Source: Snowella sp.
Lineage (GTDB): Bacteria > Cyanobacteriota > Cyanobacteriia > Cyanobacteriales > Microcystaceae
Reading direction: 5' to 3'
Assembly: GCA_035285545.1 (NCBI GenBank)
Contig: JAYKGY010000040.1
Span: 1 to 16,632 of the forward strand
Length of the DNA: 16,632 bases
The translations under genes were made by a program, and so were the position numbers. The notes below the pieces were generated by a model. It was not told the origin of the DNA. It ran no database searches and saw only the letters and a program-made list of their open reading frames with translations. Of the stretch, positions 1 through 9,519 are shown piece by piece. How positions within the stretch are numbered: the stretch's first letter is position 1; the number at the start of each line of letters is the position of its first letter.

Positions 1-491
1 TGTTTTTGTTCATCGTCATAGCCCCAGCGTTCAATAAAGGCTTGATATTGCCCTTGACCGTTTTTTAAAGTACTTTCGAGGCTTTGGAGTTTGGTATTTA
101 CAACAGGTAGATTCGTCGCTTTGATTAAATAGAGGGTGCGATCGCGGACTTGTTCCGATCCTTTTGCCATTGCTTCATCCTGATTGCGACGATGAGCCAC
201 AGCCGTAGCAGAAGACATGGCTAAATTTTTTACGAGTAATTCTCCAACAATGTCAGGAGAAGATTGCAAAGCTCGAATAAGGCTTGGAGAGGGAGAATCT
301 ACAAAGGGTCGTTCATCGGTTAGGTAGGTAACAAAAAATCCCCTTGCGCCGTTTTCCGTTTTGACTAGGTTCGTAATTGTCTTTTCGACTTCAGTATCAG
401 AAATAGACTGATTTGCCATTTTTTCAACGAGTTCTTGCGTCTGGGCGATCGCGTTTTCAAAGCTGATATTTTCAGGAATTGCTTGAGCCAT
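1..491 (-). CDS. Conserved cyanobacterial hypothetical protein, 3' end outside the window (at least 163 aa)
   Basis: Absent from the ORF track. Hand translation from ATG at 491 gives MAQAIPENISFENAIAQTQELVEK...NGARGFFVTYLT...ELLVKNLAMSSATAVAHRRN...FIERWGYDDEQK, open to the window edge. GARGFFVTYLT and RWGYD motifs recalled from cyanobacterial hypotheticals. Confidence 0.85.
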   Translation of the reverse strand, partial: MAQAIPENISFENAIAQTQELVEKMANQSISDTEVEKTITNLVKTENGARGFFVTYLTDERPFVDSPSPSLIRALQSSPDIVGELLVKNLAMSSATAVAHRRNQDEAMAKGSEQVRDRTLYLIKATNLPVVNTKLQSLESTLKNGQGQYQAFIERWGYDDEQK

Positions 492-750
492 GATGGTAGA
501 GGAATTTAAGGCGTTTACTACAGAGAATAGGGGAGCAGGAAGCACAGGCGAGTAAAGAGGCGAAAAGGATAGTAAAAGTGGGAGAAAAGAAGACATCATT
601 ATTAAATGTATATTTCAATCATGTTTTTCAAATAGTTAATCAACCAGCGATCGCCTTGCATTAAGTTCTCTAGCATCGTTAACATAACTTAATATAAATA
701 ACTAAAGCCTGCTATCAAAACGAACACTGATTTTAATATAGCTTTACATT

Positions 751-1668
751 ATGCAAGCAACTTCTCCCTATCAATCCTCTACGGTTACAGGAACCCATTG
801 GCAGTGGCAAGGACACAATATTTATTATGTCAAAGCAGGCGATCGCCGAGAGGATCGTCCACCGTTGCTATTGGTGCATGGTTTTGGGGCTTCTACGGAT
901 CATTGGCGAAAAAATATCGCGGAATTACAACAGGATTTTGAGGTTTGGGCCATTGATTTACTGGGTTTTGGGCGATCGGCGAAACCCGCCTTGGCTTACG
1001 GAGGAGAACTCTGGCGTAATCAACTCCAAACCTTTATTTGTGAAGTTATTCAACAGCCCACAGTCCTTGCAGGGAATTCCTTGGGGGGTTACTGTTCCCT
1101 TTCCGTTGCGTCCTACCATCCCGACTTAGTTAAAGGTGTCGTGTTATTAAACAGTGCGGGCCCCTTTAGCGATACCGTTGCCAGCAATAAAACCAATCCC
1201 GTTCAAATTTTTCTGCGTAATTTGTTATTACAGCCTTGGGCAAGTTATTTATTGTTTCAATATGTCCGAAATCGTAAAAATATTCGTAAAACCCTTGAAA
1301 AAGTTTATTTAGATAAATCTGCCATTACTGACCAACTCGTTGAAGAGATTTATCGTCCCTCCTGTGATGCTGGCGCGCCTCAAGTTTTTGCGTCTGTGTT
1401 TAAAACGCCCCAAGGAGATACGGTGGACAGTTTGTTAGCCTCAATGCAATGTCCTTTGTTAATGTTGTGGGGAGAAGGCGATCCCTGGATGAAAGCGAGA
1501 GACAGGGGGGCAAAATTTAAGCAATATTATCAAAATATTACGGAATATTATCTCAATGCGGGTCATTGCCCCCACGATGAAATTCCTGAACAAATTAATC
1601 AATTGATTCGCGGTTGGATGCTGACAACTGTAGAAACTCAATCCGATTCGTCAAAAGCGATCGCTTAG
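751..1668 (+). CDS. Alpha/beta-fold hydrolase (pheophytinase-like esterase group), 305 aa
   Basis: HGFG oxyanion motif (LLVHGFGAS), nucleophile elbow GNSLGG, acid residue in WGEGDPW, catalytic His in AGHCPHDE. Confidence 0.92.
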   Translation: MQATSPYQSSTVTGTHWQWQGHNIYYVKAGDRREDRPPLLLVHGFGASTDHWRKNIAELQQDFEVWAIDLLGFGRSAKPALAYGGELWRNQLQTFICEVIQQPTVLAGNSLGGYCSLSVASYHPDLVKGVVLLNSAGPFSDTVASNKTNPVQIFLRNLLLQPWASYLLFQYVRNRKNIRKTLEKVYLDKSAITDQLVEEIYRPSCDAGAPQVFASVFKTPQGDTVDSLLASMQCPLLMLWGEGDPWMKARDRGAKFKQYYQNITEYYLNAGHCPHDEIPEQINQLIRGWMLTTVETQSDSSKAIA

Positions 1669-1850
1669 AATCAGGTAACCCTTTGTTAACAAAAATGAAT
1701 AGATCTTAATAAAATAGCGGATTCAATGGAGAAAAATGTAAAGAAAGTTAGCTAAGTTTGAAGCTTGATTGCGATTCCCGAACTGCCTAAATCTAGGTGT
1801 TATTTTGGAACAAATAATATGTACTTAAGCAAATAGGTTTAGTTCCAACG

Positions 1851-2027
1851 ATGTATAAAAGCAATCAGGATAAGGATTTTGTTAGCGCGGCGTTAACCGC
1901 AGGGATTGGAGCAGGGATTGTCACTTCATTTGCCGTAGCTCAAGGCCAACATCCTCTTATTGCGTTAGGAATTACCGCGATCGCGACCTTATTAGCCATC
2001 ATTTGCCATCAACTCGATTTGATTTAA
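1851..2027 (+). CDS. Small membrane protein, 58 aa, two predicted transmembrane helices
   Basis: Below the ORF-track cutoff. Translates as MYKSNQDKDFVSAALTAGIGAGIVTSFAVAQGQHPLIALGITAIATLLAIICHQLDLI*. Two hydrophobic segments are joined by a QGQHP turn; the DNA is GC-richer than its AT-rich flanks and carries a HIP1 site. Confidence 0.8.
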   Translation: MYKSNQDKDFVSAALTAGIGAGIVTSFAVAQGQHPLIALGITAIATLLAIICHQLDLI

Positions 2028-2052
2028 TTTAATGTTTAATTTCACCTAATTC

Positions 2053-2823
2053 ATGGATGTTCAGGAAAATCCTTTGGACGGATGGAATGCGGATCTTTAT
2101 CAAGATAAACACCAATTTGTTTGGGAATATGGCGGAGATTTAATTCAACTCCTCAATCCTCGACCAAGTGAGCGCATTCTAGATTTAGGTTGTGGTACAG
2201 GTCAACTGAGTCAGCAAATTGCGGATTTCGGCGCGGAGGTTATTGGCATCGATTCATCTCCCAAAATGATTGAGCGATCGCGAGCGAATTATCCTCATTT
2301 AACCTTTCAGGTTGGGGATGCCACCAATTTTCATTTTGATGTTTCTTTTGATGCCGTTTTTTCCAATGCTGTTTTACATTGGGTTAAACCGCCCCAAGCC
2401 GCGATTAGCTGTATTAAAAATGCCTTAAAACCAAGTGGACGTTTTGTTGTTGAATTGGGTGGTAAAGGCAATATTCAGTCGATCATTACGGTTCTGCAAT
2501 CGTTGTTAACTGAAAATGCTGCCCGTCCTCCTGTTGACCATCCTTGGTACTTTCCCCGTATTGGTGAGTATGCCAGCTTACTAGAAGAACAAGGTTTTCG
2601 GGTAATCTATGCGGCTTGCTTTGAACGTCCTACACCATTAGAGGGTCATTTAGGTATCCAGAATTGGTTAAAAATGTTTACCCAAGTTTGGCTACAGGAC
2701 TATTCAGAAACAGAAAAGCAGGAACTTTACCAAAAAGCCGCAGAAAAACTCAAGCCGATGTTATATCGAGACGGTATTTGGGTTGCCGATTATGTGCGCT
2801 TACGAATAATTGCTCATCTTTAG
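2053..2823 (+). CDS. Class I SAM-dependent methyltransferase (trans-aconitate methyltransferase-like), 256 aa
   Basis: Motif I ILDLGCGTG, GIDSS, VGDA, FDAVFSNAVLHW, LKPSGRFV. Confidence 0.92.
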   Translation: MDVQENPLDGWNADLYQDKHQFVWEYGGDLIQLLNPRPSERILDLGCGTGQLSQQIADFGAEVIGIDSSPKMIERSRANYPHLTFQVGDATNFHFDVSFDAVFSNAVLHWVKPPQAAISCIKNALKPSGRFVVELGGKGNIQSIITVLQSLLTENAARPPVDHPWYFPRIGEYASLLEEQGFRVIYAACFERPTPLEGHLGIQNWLKMFTQVWLQDYSETEKQELYQKAAEKLKPMLYRDGIWVADYVRLRIIAHL

Positions 2824-2824
2824 C

Positions 2825-4390
2825 TTATTTTTGGGAACTATCCGGTAGAATCCGGCCAATCGTCCGGTTTTCAGGGGTAAAGGTTTGCTGTGCGACTCGT
2901 TGAATATCCGCTGGAGTTACAGCCGCGATCGCCGCAAGTTGATTAAATAAATTGCGCCAATCTCCCGTTTTGACTTGATATTCAGCCAATAAACGCGCCA
3001 TACCGCTATTAGAATCTAAAGCCCGTAACAAACTCGCTTGCAGTTGATTTTTAGCCCGTTCTAATTCTTCCTCGCTTACAGGTTCAGTTTTTAATCGTTC
3101 AATTTCTTGATGGAGGGCTTGGGCCGCTTGATCTACCGTTGCTCTCGGCGATGTTTGGGCATAAAACAGCATTAAATTCGGATATTTGTCCCCAGGAAAA
3201 CCATTTTCACCTTCTGCTACTAGGGCAACTTGTTTTTCTTCGACGAGAGATTTATAGAGCCGTGAAGTCCGACCGTCGCTCATAATGCTTGAAATAACTT
3301 CATAAACCGCATTATCAGGATGGGCTAAAGCAGGACGATGGTACCCTTCTAAATACCAGGGCTGGGAGGGTAATTTTAAAATAACTTCTTTCGTTTTAGT
3401 TTGATTGGGTTCGACTTTCGCTAATTTTGGTGGAGCCGGTCGTTTGGAGAAGCGTCCAAAGTATTGTTGGGCCAGTTGTTTAACTTGATTGGGGTCAACA
3501 TTTCCCACGATCGCGATCGTTAAATTGCTAGGCCCATAATATTGTTGGAAAAAATCGGCAATATCTTGACGGGTTAAGTTCCGAATATCCTGGTCATAGC
3601 CAATGGTCGGGCGTTTGTAGGGATGAACATCGTAGGCTTTATCCAGAAACGCTTCTACCATGCGACCAATAGGATTATTTTCCGTTCTCATGCGCCGTTC
3701 TTCCAGAATAACCTGCTGCTCTTTATAAAATTCTCGAAAAACTGGTTCCATAAAGCGTTCCGACTCTAAGGACATCCACAGTTCCAGCTTATTAGAAGGA
3801 AAACTATAGAAATAAACAGTAGAATCAGTAGAAGTCGCCGCATTAATGCCCACACCACCCGATTGTTGAACGATTTGCCCAAATTCATTTCGTTTAACAT
3901 ATTGATTGGCAGCCGTTTGGAGTTGATCAAATTCTTTTTCGAGTTGTTGAATCTCTGCGGGTTTATTTTGGGCTTTAGCTTGGCGGAGTTGCTCGGCTAC
4001 TTTATCTAATTCGTCTAAAAGCGGAGCTTCGGCTTGATAGTCAGTTGTCCCGATTCGTCGAGTCCCTTTAAAGGCTAAATGTTCTAAAAAATGGGCAACC
4101 CCTGTTTTTCCATCAGGTTCATTGGCTCCCCCCACATCGGCATAGGTAAAAAAGGAAACAACGGGAGCATCATGATTTTCCATGACAATAAATTTCATCC
4201 CGTTATCCAATTTAAATTCGGTGACTCGGTTGATCGCTCGGTTTAAGTAGGGCTGGATGGCATTGCTGGTGTTGGCTGCTTTCGGGGCGGTATTGGCCTG
4301 GGCAATGGGGGGAAGGGTTGTCCAAATGAAGAGAATGAGGGGAGCCAGTAAGAGGATTCGAGAAGTTTTTTGAAAAGGGCGATTCAACAT
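2825..4390 (-). CDS. M16-family (insulinase/pitrilysin-like) zinc peptidase with N-terminal signal peptide, 521 aa
   Basis: Inverted zinc motif HxxEH (GVAHFLEHLAFKGT), LDNGM, INAATS, distal EE in VILEERR. Basic-then-hydrophobic N-terminus ending AQA. Confidence 0.93.
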   Translation of the reverse strand: MLNRPFQKTSRILLLAPLILFIWTTLPPIAQANTAPKAANTSNAIQPYLNRAINRVTEFKLDNGMKFIVMENHDAPVVSFFTYADVGGANEPDGKTGVAHFLEHLAFKGTRRIGTTDYQAEAPLLDELDKVAEQLRQAKAQNKPAEIQQLEKEFDQLQTAANQYVKRNEFGQIVQQSGGVGINAATSTDSTVYFYSFPSNKLELWMSLESERFMEPVFREFYKEQQVILEERRMRTENNPIGRMVEAFLDKAYDVHPYKRPTIGYDQDIRNLTRQDIADFFQQYYGPSNLTIAIVGNVDPNQVKQLAQQYFGRFSKRPAPPKLAKVEPNQTKTKEVILKLPSQPWYLEGYHRPALAHPDNAVYEVISSIMSDGRTSRLYKSLVEEKQVALVAEGENGFPGDKYPNLMLFYAQTSPRATVDQAAQALHQEIERLKTEPVSEEELERAKNQLQASLLRALDSNSGMARLLAEYQVKTGDWRNLFNQLAAIAAVTPADIQRVAQQTFTPENRTIGRILPDSSQK

Positions 4391-4653
4391 AAAGTCGTTT
4401 GAGTCAGCAAAATTCCTGTTCTATCATAACCTTTCGGGAAATAGACGCGATCGCCGACAAATGATCTAATCTAACTGAGGAATAACAGGATTAAAGCGAG
4501 TTCATCATACAACCAGTAGAAATAAGATGCGTTTACCCTGAGATTCCTTGAACAGTCATTGATTTTTATGTATTGAATAAGGGAAATACCCATCAGATCC
4601 CTCAATGGATAGAGACTGTCTATTCTAAGTCCGTCCAAGGTAGAAAAGAATTA

Positions 4654-4683
4654 TTCACAAAAGTTTACAAACTTTAATATAAT
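4654..4683 (+). promoter_or_regulatory. Putative ndhD2 promoter with an HLR1-like (RpaB) direct repeat over the -35 region
   Basis: TTCACAAA-AG-TTTACAAA (4654-4671) matches (G/T)TTACA(A/T)(A/T)-N2-(G/T)TTACA(A/T)(A/T) with one mismatch. TATAAT lies at 4678-4683. Confidence 0.6.
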
Positions 4684-4724
4684 GATGAGCATCCACGAAA
4701 TAGGTATTTATTCTTATCACTATA

Positions 4725-6407
4725 ATGATCACTCACTTTCCTTGGCTTACGGCGATCATTCTCTTCCCACTAGTCGCCGCGCTACTGATTCCCATACTCC
4801 CCGACAAAGACGGTAAACAAGTTCGTTGGTATGCCCTTGGGGTCGGACTCACAGACTTTGTTTTAATGTGTTATGCCTTTTGGAAAAATTATGATGTTAA
4901 TCAATCCAGTTTCCAAATGGTCGAAAAATACGACTGGATTCCGCAATTTGGGCTGAGTTGGGCGGTTTCGGTTGATGGGGTTTCAATGCCGCTTGTTCTT
5001 TTGGCAGGGCTAGTAACCACTCTTTCAATCTTCGCAGCGTGGCAAGTCAATCATAAGCCCCGCTTGTTTTATTTCTTAATGCTTGTGCTCTATTCGGCAC
5101 AGATTGGGGTTTTCGTCGCCCAAGACATTTTGCTTCTATTTATTATGTGGGAAATCGAATTGGTTCCCGTTTATTTATTAGTCTCTATTTGGGGTGGACA
5201 AAAACGTCAGTACGCTGCAATGAAGTTTTTGCTCTATACCGCCGCCGCTTCTATCTTTATCTTGATTGCTGGCTTAGCGATGGCTTTGACTGGTGACAAT
5301 ATGACCTTTGATATGGTCGAGTTAGGTTTAAAAGATTATCCTTTAGCTTTAGAATTACTCCTTTACGCTGGACTATTAATTACTTTCGGGGTTAAATTAG
5401 CTGTTTTTCCGCTCCATACCTGGTTACCCGATGCTCACGGTGAAGCTTCTGCGCCTGTTTCCATGATTTTGGCAGGTGTTCTTTTAAAAATGGGTGGTTA
5501 TGGCTTAATCCGTCTTAACCTTGGCATCTTTGACCATGCCCATGTTTACTTTGCGCCTATCTTGGCAATCTTAGGGGTTGTTAATATCGTTTACGGTGCC
5601 TTCAATTCCTTTGCTCAGACGAATATGAAGCGTCGTCTTGCCTACTCTTCCGTTTCTCACATGGGCTTTGTCCTCTTAGGGATTGCTTCTTTTACCGACT
5701 TGGGCATCAGTGGCGCGATGTTACAGATGATTTCCCACGGCTTAATTGCAGCGGTTCTCTTCTTCTTAGCAGGGGTTACCTACGACCGTACCCATACTTT
5801 GAATCTTTCTGAGATGGGCAATATTGGCAAAGTAATGCCGACCGTTTTCGCACTCTTCACCATTGGTACGATGGCTTCTTTGGCACTCCCCGGTATGAGT
5901 GGTTTTGCCAGTGAATTAGCCGTATTCGTCGGAGTAACCAGTAGTGACGTTTATAGCACTGCCTTCCGTACTGGGACAGTATTCTTAGCTGCCGTTGGTT
6001 TGGTGTTAACACCGATTTATCTCCTCTCCATGCTGCGTCAACTGTTTTACGGAAATGATGTTTTCCCCAATTGCAATTTAGACAATCAAGGCGGGAATTC
6101 GGAAGGTCTGCAAGAGGCAGTTTGCTTTGGAACCAGTTGTGTGTTACCGACGGATGCTCATTATCATGATGCACGTCCGAGGGAAGTGTTTATTGCCGCC
6201 TGCTTTATTCTGCCGATTATCGCGATTGGTTTATATCCCAAATTAGCGACTCAACTGTATGATGTCACCACGGTTGCGGTAAATAGCCAACTTCGTCAGT
6301 CCTACACCCAAATTGCTGAATCGAATCCCAAGATTTATGCAGAGGTGTTATCGGCTCCTAGTCTTGCTCAGCCTGAACTGGTTTCAACGTTAGGTGTGAC
6401 TCGTTAA
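4725..6407 (+). CDS. ndhD2: NDH-1 complex subunit 4, NdhD2 type, 560 aa
   Basis: NuoM/ND4 motifs [46 protein letters not shown]. The length, the [16 protein letters not shown]-terminus and the CFGTSC-containing C-terminal insertion resemble Synechocystis NdhD2 rather than the shorter NdhD1. Confidence 0.9.
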   Translation: MITHFPWLTAIILFPLVAALLIPILPDKDGKQVRWYALGVGLTDFVLMCYAFWKNYDVNQSSFQMVEKYDWIPQFGLSWAVSVDGVSMPLVLLAGLVTTLSIFAAWQVNHKPRLFYFLMLVLYSAQIGVFVAQDILLLFIMWEIELVPVYLLVSIWGGQKRQYAAMKFLLYTAAASIFILIAGLAMALTGDNMTFDMVELGLKDYPLALELLLYAGLLITFGVKLAVFPLHTWLPDAHGEASAPVSMILAGVLLKMGGYGLIRLNLGIFDHAHVYFAPILAILGVVNIVYGAFNSFAQTNMKRRLAYSSVSHMGFVLLGIASFTDLGISGAMLQMISHGLIAAVLFFLAGVTYDRTHTLNLSEMGNIGKVMPTVFALFTIGTMASLALPGMSGFASELAVFVGVTSSDVYSTAFRTGTVFLAAVGLVLTPIYLLSMLRQLFYGNDVFPNCNLDNQGGNSEGLQEAVCFGTSCVLPTDAHYHDARPREVFIAACFILPIIAIGLYPKLATQLYDVTTVAVNSQLRQSYTQIAESNPKIYAEVLSAPSLAQPELVSTLGVTR

Positions 6408-6445
6408 TCATTTTCAACTTTCAATTTTTTAATCTCTTTCAAGTT

Positions 6446-6480
6446 AGCGATCGCGTCATTAAGAAACGGTCGCTTTTTTT
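6446..6480 (+). terminator. Rho-independent terminator of ndhD2
   Basis: Stem AGCGATCG/CGGTCGCT (8 bp, one G-U pair), 13-nt loop, then a T run to 6480. Confidence 0.7.
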
Positions 6481-6618
6481 GTCTAGGATAAGTAAAGTTC
6501 GATTTACCCTTAATCCTCTCTATGATAAAGATAAAAACCATAGAGTAAGAGCGTTGTACACAAGACTGTAAGATTTATTAATACAGATTTTTTATTGTGA
6601 CTAGGACGTTAACTTGCT

Positions 6619-8817
6619 ATGACCGTTGCCAGTGCCATTCCTGCCTTCTGCCAAGGTATCCAGTATTTTGGTCAACCCCTGCCCAATTTTGATCGCTATG
6701 GTCAAGAAGCGGCGATCGCGCCCGGACAAACCGCGATTGCTTCCCCCAGTGATCCCACAGCCGTTTATCAAACCCTGTTGGCAGCCGATGCGTTACGATA
6801 TTTAACGTTACAAACCACTGCTGCTAAAGAATCGGGACACCCAGGCGGTTTTGCCAGTATTGCTGACGCGATCGCGGCCTTGGTGATGTTAGGTTACAAA
6901 AATACGGTAACGGAAGTCGGACACCATGCCCCTGGCTTTTATAGCAATATGTTCCTTGATCGTTCCCTCGAAGATATGGACATTAAAACCGTCCAAGAAA
7001 TGGGCGATCGCTTTCGGGAAATGCACGGTTTATTAGGTCACTTATCCGGTCAAATTCCTGGACTTCTAGGGCCAGCAGGGCCGCTCGGTCAGGGTCAACA
7101 CTTTGCAATGGCAGGCGCGAAGTTACACTCAGGCGTTCTTTTCCCCGTAACCATTGGAGATGGGGGATTAGGGGAACCCTACATCATGAGCAGTTTTGGC
7201 CATTTCAACACGGCTTACCCGACGATTACGAACTTCTTACCCATTCTGGTTTGGAACGGTTACAGCCAAGAACATCACAGCATGGTCTCCACCAAATCCA
7301 ATGCAGAGATGATCAACTACTGGCAAGGCAACGGGTTCCAAAAAGTTATCCTCGTCAATGCCAAAGACTTTGATGATGCCAATCAGTCTGGTGATTATGT
7401 CGATAGCACCCGATTCTCTTTTGAAAAACGTTTAGCCTTTACCCAAGCCGTCCTAGAGGCAACGGATGAAGCTGCAAAATCTGCCCTAAGCGGAACCTTA
7501 ACCGTTTTAATTGTTAAACAACTCAAAGGCGCAGGGGTTCACAAACGGGGGGCCCAATCCCATAACCTCTACCCAGGTGATACCTTAGAGCGTGACTATA
7601 TTGTTAGTGCCCTAAAAGAACGGGCGTTATCCCCTGAAGCTTGGCAACTCGTTCGTACTAACTTTGAACGGTCTAATGGTGGCCCCGCTTCCCGCACCGT
7701 TGTTACGGAAAAAGAATTCCCCTTACCCGATTTAGGTCAATTACCCCTGACGGAATATCCTCGCCAAGGGGATAAAAAAGTGGCAACTACAGTTATGGGA
7801 GATTTAGTCGTTCACGTTGGTCGTCAAGATGCAAATTTTGTCGTCACGAATGCCGACGGTAACGCCGCTTCAGGAATTAATAATATTAACGTTGGCTTAA
7901 AAATCGTTCACCCCACCACTGACGACACCTATTTTCAAGGCCCCGTTGGACAAGTCTATGAACCCTTAAATGAAGATGCCTGTGCAGGCTTAGCGGTTGG
8001 TTTAGCCCTCTTTGGTGCTAGAACCCTCTGGTGTTCCTACGAATCCTTTGCTATCAACGGTTTACCCATTTGGCAGACCGTTACCCAAGCAATGGCGGAA
8101 TTACGTCGCCCCACGCCTTCTACGATTACGCTGTTTACCGCAGGGGCCTTAGAGCAAGGTCGCAACGGTTGGACACATCAACGGCCCGAAATTGAAAATT
8201 ATTTTGCAGCCATGATGCGGAATGGGAATATTTTCCCCCTATTTCCCTGCGATGCTAATAGTATTCAAGTTTGCTACGAATGGGCCTTAAAAACCAAGAA
8301 TAAGGGAATTACGATTACCGCTAGTAAATCACCCTTACCTATCCGCACTACCTTTGAGCAAAACCGTCAAGGCTTACAGGATGGGGGAATTGTGTTACAT
8401 GAATCGGAAGGCAAGAAAAAAGTCGTTTTTGCGGTGATTGGTGATATGACCTTAATGCCCGTTTTTGATGCGGCGGCTCAACTGGAAGCGGAAGGCATCG
8501 GCGTTAAGATTGTTTCGGTGATTAATCCCCGTCGTCTCTATCGTCCTCATGATGTTTTATGGGATTCTTGCAAAGAAGCGGATGGCCATTTCTTAGATGA
8601 TGCGGGTTTTGAGCGTCTCTTTGGGGGTGATGCCTTAATTGGGGTCATCGGCGGCGGTAGTGCTTTATTGGAACCTTTAATGTTACGTTCTCAGGCTAAA
8701 CGCGATATTTTTGCTTGGAAACGGGGTGAAACAACGGCTAGCGCAGGCCAATTGATGAATTACAACGGTTTAACGGCTGAGGCATTAAGCAAACGGGCTG
8801 TTGAATTATTAGCATAA
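6619..8817 (+). CDS. ThDP-dependent phosphoketolase/transketolase-like enzyme, cyanobacterial type, 732 aa
   Basis: SGHPGG, VGHHAPG, GPLGQG, ThDP motif IGDGG...PILVWNGY, EPLNEDAC, GRNGWTHQRP. Resembles the second, cyanobacterial phosphoketolase family (Sll0529/Alr1850-like, from recall). Confidence 0.85.
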   Translation: MTVASAIPAFCQGIQYFGQPLPNFDRYGQEAAIAPGQTAIASPSDPTAVYQTLLAADALRYLTLQTTAAKESGHPGGFASIADAIAALVMLGYKNTVTEVGHHAPGFYSNMFLDRSLEDMDIKTVQEMGDRFREMHGLLGHLSGQIPGLLGPAGPLGQGQHFAMAGAKLHSGVLFPVTIGDGGLGEPYIMSSFGHFNTAYPTITNFLPILVWNGYSQEHHSMVSTKSNAEMINYWQGNGFQKVILVNAKDFDDANQSGDYVDSTRFSFEKRLAFTQAVLEATDEAAKSALSGTLTVLIVKQLKGAGVHKRGAQSHNLYPGDTLERDYIVSALKERALSPEAWQLVRTNFERSNGGPASRTVVTEKEFPLPDLGQLPLTEYPRQGDKKVATTVMGDLVVHVGRQDANFVVTNADGNAASGINNINVGLKIVHPTTDDTYFQGPVGQVYEPLNEDACAGLAVGLALFGARTLWCSYESFAINGLPIWQTVTQAMAELRRPTPSTITLFTAGALEQGRNGWTHQRPEIENYFAAMMRNGNIFPLFPCDANSIQVCYEWALKTKNKGITITASKSPLPIRTTFEQNRQGLQDGGIVLHESEGKKKVVFAVIGDMTLMPVFDAAAQLEAEGIGVKIVSVINPRRLYRPHDVLWDSCKEADGHFLDDAGFERLFGGDALIGVIGGGSALLEPLMLRSQAKRDIFAWKRGETTASAGQLMNYNGLTAEALSKRAVELLA

Positions 8818-8827
8818 AAATTTAATT

Positions 8828-8874
8828 AAAATCCCCCTTATGTCTCTATCCTTATGGATTTAGGGGGATTTTTT
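8828..8874 (+). terminator. Hairpin terminator after the phosphoketolase gene, possibly bidirectional
   Basis: AAAATCCCCCT (8828-8838) pairs with AGGGGGATTTT (8862-8872); there is an inner ATCC/GGAT stem and a trailing T run. Confidence 0.65.
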
Positions 8875-8877
8875 ACA

Positions 8878-9282
8878 TTATTCTAATGTCCATCGCCAGT
8901 TTTTTGCTCCAACAAACGTTTTAATTTTATCTGACTTTCCGGCTTAAGAAAGCGGGCCAGGTTTTTCCTCTGTAGGCAAGCTCTTTCCCAAGGATTTTAC
9001 CCAGTTGATAATCGTCGTATGATGAACTCCCGTTAAACGTTCTATCTCTCTAAATCCCATGCCGTTCCTATAGGCGGTTAAGCATTCTTGCTTGGTTTTT
9101 TCATCATAGCCTTTCTGTTTTTCATAATTATTAATAAATTGGCGGCGACAGGTGACACAAATATAATTTTGTTTTCTCTGCTTATTGATGCCATTTTTAC
9201 GGATGTGGGTCGATTGACAGTGAGGGCATTGCATTTTGATTTTCTCCGTTCATATCTCTATTATGCAACAGTCTGCAACACC
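8878..9282 (-). mobile_element. Truncated, decayed IS1-family insertion sequence
   Basis: One IS1-like end on the minus strand (GGTGTTGCA..TGTTGCATAATAGAGATATGAA, 9282-9249), then an InsA-like ORF. Past its stop, in frame, AGKSDKIKTFVGAKNWRWTLE* resembles the ELDELETFVGSKKNKIWLWT segment and contains AAAAAAC (8905-8899). No remaining DDE domain or second end is visible. Confidence 0.85.
8944..9234 (-). pseudogene. IS1-family transposase N-terminal part (InsA-like zinc ribbon plus HTH), 96 aa
   Basis: CPHC...CVTC zinc ribbon, IRKNG, QNYIC, and HTH GMGFREIERLTGVHHTTIINWVK. Premature TAA at 8946-8944. Confidence 0.85.
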
Positions 9283-9519
9283 AAATGTAGCAATAGCGCT
9301 AGCAATCGGGGGAGTTACGGATGACGATCGCCGGTGAGTTCCTTTAAAATGAATAGGACAAACCAGACGCAACACGATACATTAAAACCTATAATCTTAC
9401 TATTAATAGATTTATGATGGCTCTTTTGTGTTAACTTTCTTCATAGAAAGACTGCTTAATCTGTCCTATCGGCCTCTCCTAGCCGTCTCTTCCATCCCTA
9501 ACCCTTCTCGGTAAAGCCG

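Noticed and set aside
520..595. Purine-rich tract upstream of the first gene
   Set aside because: No consistent repeat unit or structure is visible.
6492..6545. GTA-N10-TAC and CTCTATG/CATAGAG inverted repeats upstream of the phosphoketolase gene
   Set aside because: The spacing does not fit the NtcA GTA-N8-TAC site, and short repeats like these are expected by chance.
8960..8968. GAAAAAC near the end of the InsA ORF as a programmed -1 frameshift site
   Set aside because: It has only five As, and the -1 frame closes after about ten codons. The better AAAAAAC lies beyond the premature stop with no InsB after it.
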